From the NCBI RefSeq assembly GCF_001194135.2, contig NC_068981.1, positions 177,108,744 to 177,172,743 of the forward strand: DNA of 64,000 nt. Reading direction: 5' to 3'. The notes under the pieces were generated by a model. The model searched no databases. It saw only the letters and a program-made list of their open reading frames with translations, and was not told the DNA's origin. The position numbers and the translations under genes are program-made. This stretch comes from Octopus bimaculoides. Lineage: Eukaryota. Shown here one piece after another: positions 63,850 to 64,000 of the stretch (position 1 is the stretch's first letter; each line of letters opens with the position of its first letter).

Positions 63850-64000
63850 CATACATACAAACATACATACATACATACATACACACACACTCACTCACTC
63901 ACACACACACCTGTCTCCAAACCATTCCTGGCCTGAGAAAGTGATATCTTTAATTTCTCTCTTTTTTCCATTAGGATGATTATTAAACCAATTTCTTTTT

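Noticed and set aside
4224-63979. ORFs made of X runs or YI/CV/HT repeats, and tandem repeats as CRISPR candidates
   Set aside because: The ORFs are artefacts of N gaps and dinucleotide microsatellites. The tandem duplications have only two units and no spacers, and the DNA is eukaryotic.

Overview
AT-rich eukaryotic genomic DNA, rich in (TA)n/(CA)n microsatellites. It is almost certainly coleoid cephalopod (Octopus-like); this is inferred from the SINE, MITE and RTE repeat repertoire. The window is dominated by one + strand gene, a discoidin domain receptor tyrosine kinase (DDR1/DDR2 homolog). Nine coding exons lie between 8294 and 58940 and join in frame to 2448 nt (815 aa plus stop). They cover the C-terminal part of the discoidin domain, the DS-like domain, the stalk, the TM helix, the juxtamembrane region and a complete kinase. 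The signal peptide and first discoidin exons are not visible (upstream or in a gap). One intron appears to use a GC donor. The introns hold fossil mobile elements: two mariner elements with TIRs, a maT/Tc1-like fragment, a near full-length piggyBac and its MITEs, a hAT-like foldback, two Penelope-like elements (one with a minimal hammerhead-like motif), several RTE LINEs, a CR1-like 3' end and several tRNA-SINE families. They also hold a decayed 5S rRNA copy and an RPLP0 retropseudogene. The most notable observations are an RTE insertion with a 5' inversion between perfect 15-bp TSDs (twin-priming geometry), the hammerhead variant, a 124-bp intronic inverted repeat, the GC/GT/read-through choice at the juxtamembrane exon, and a microhomology-flanked 235-bp local duplication. 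There are four assembly gaps. I found no CRISPR array and no convincing new multi-gene system. All alignments and identities were done by eye.
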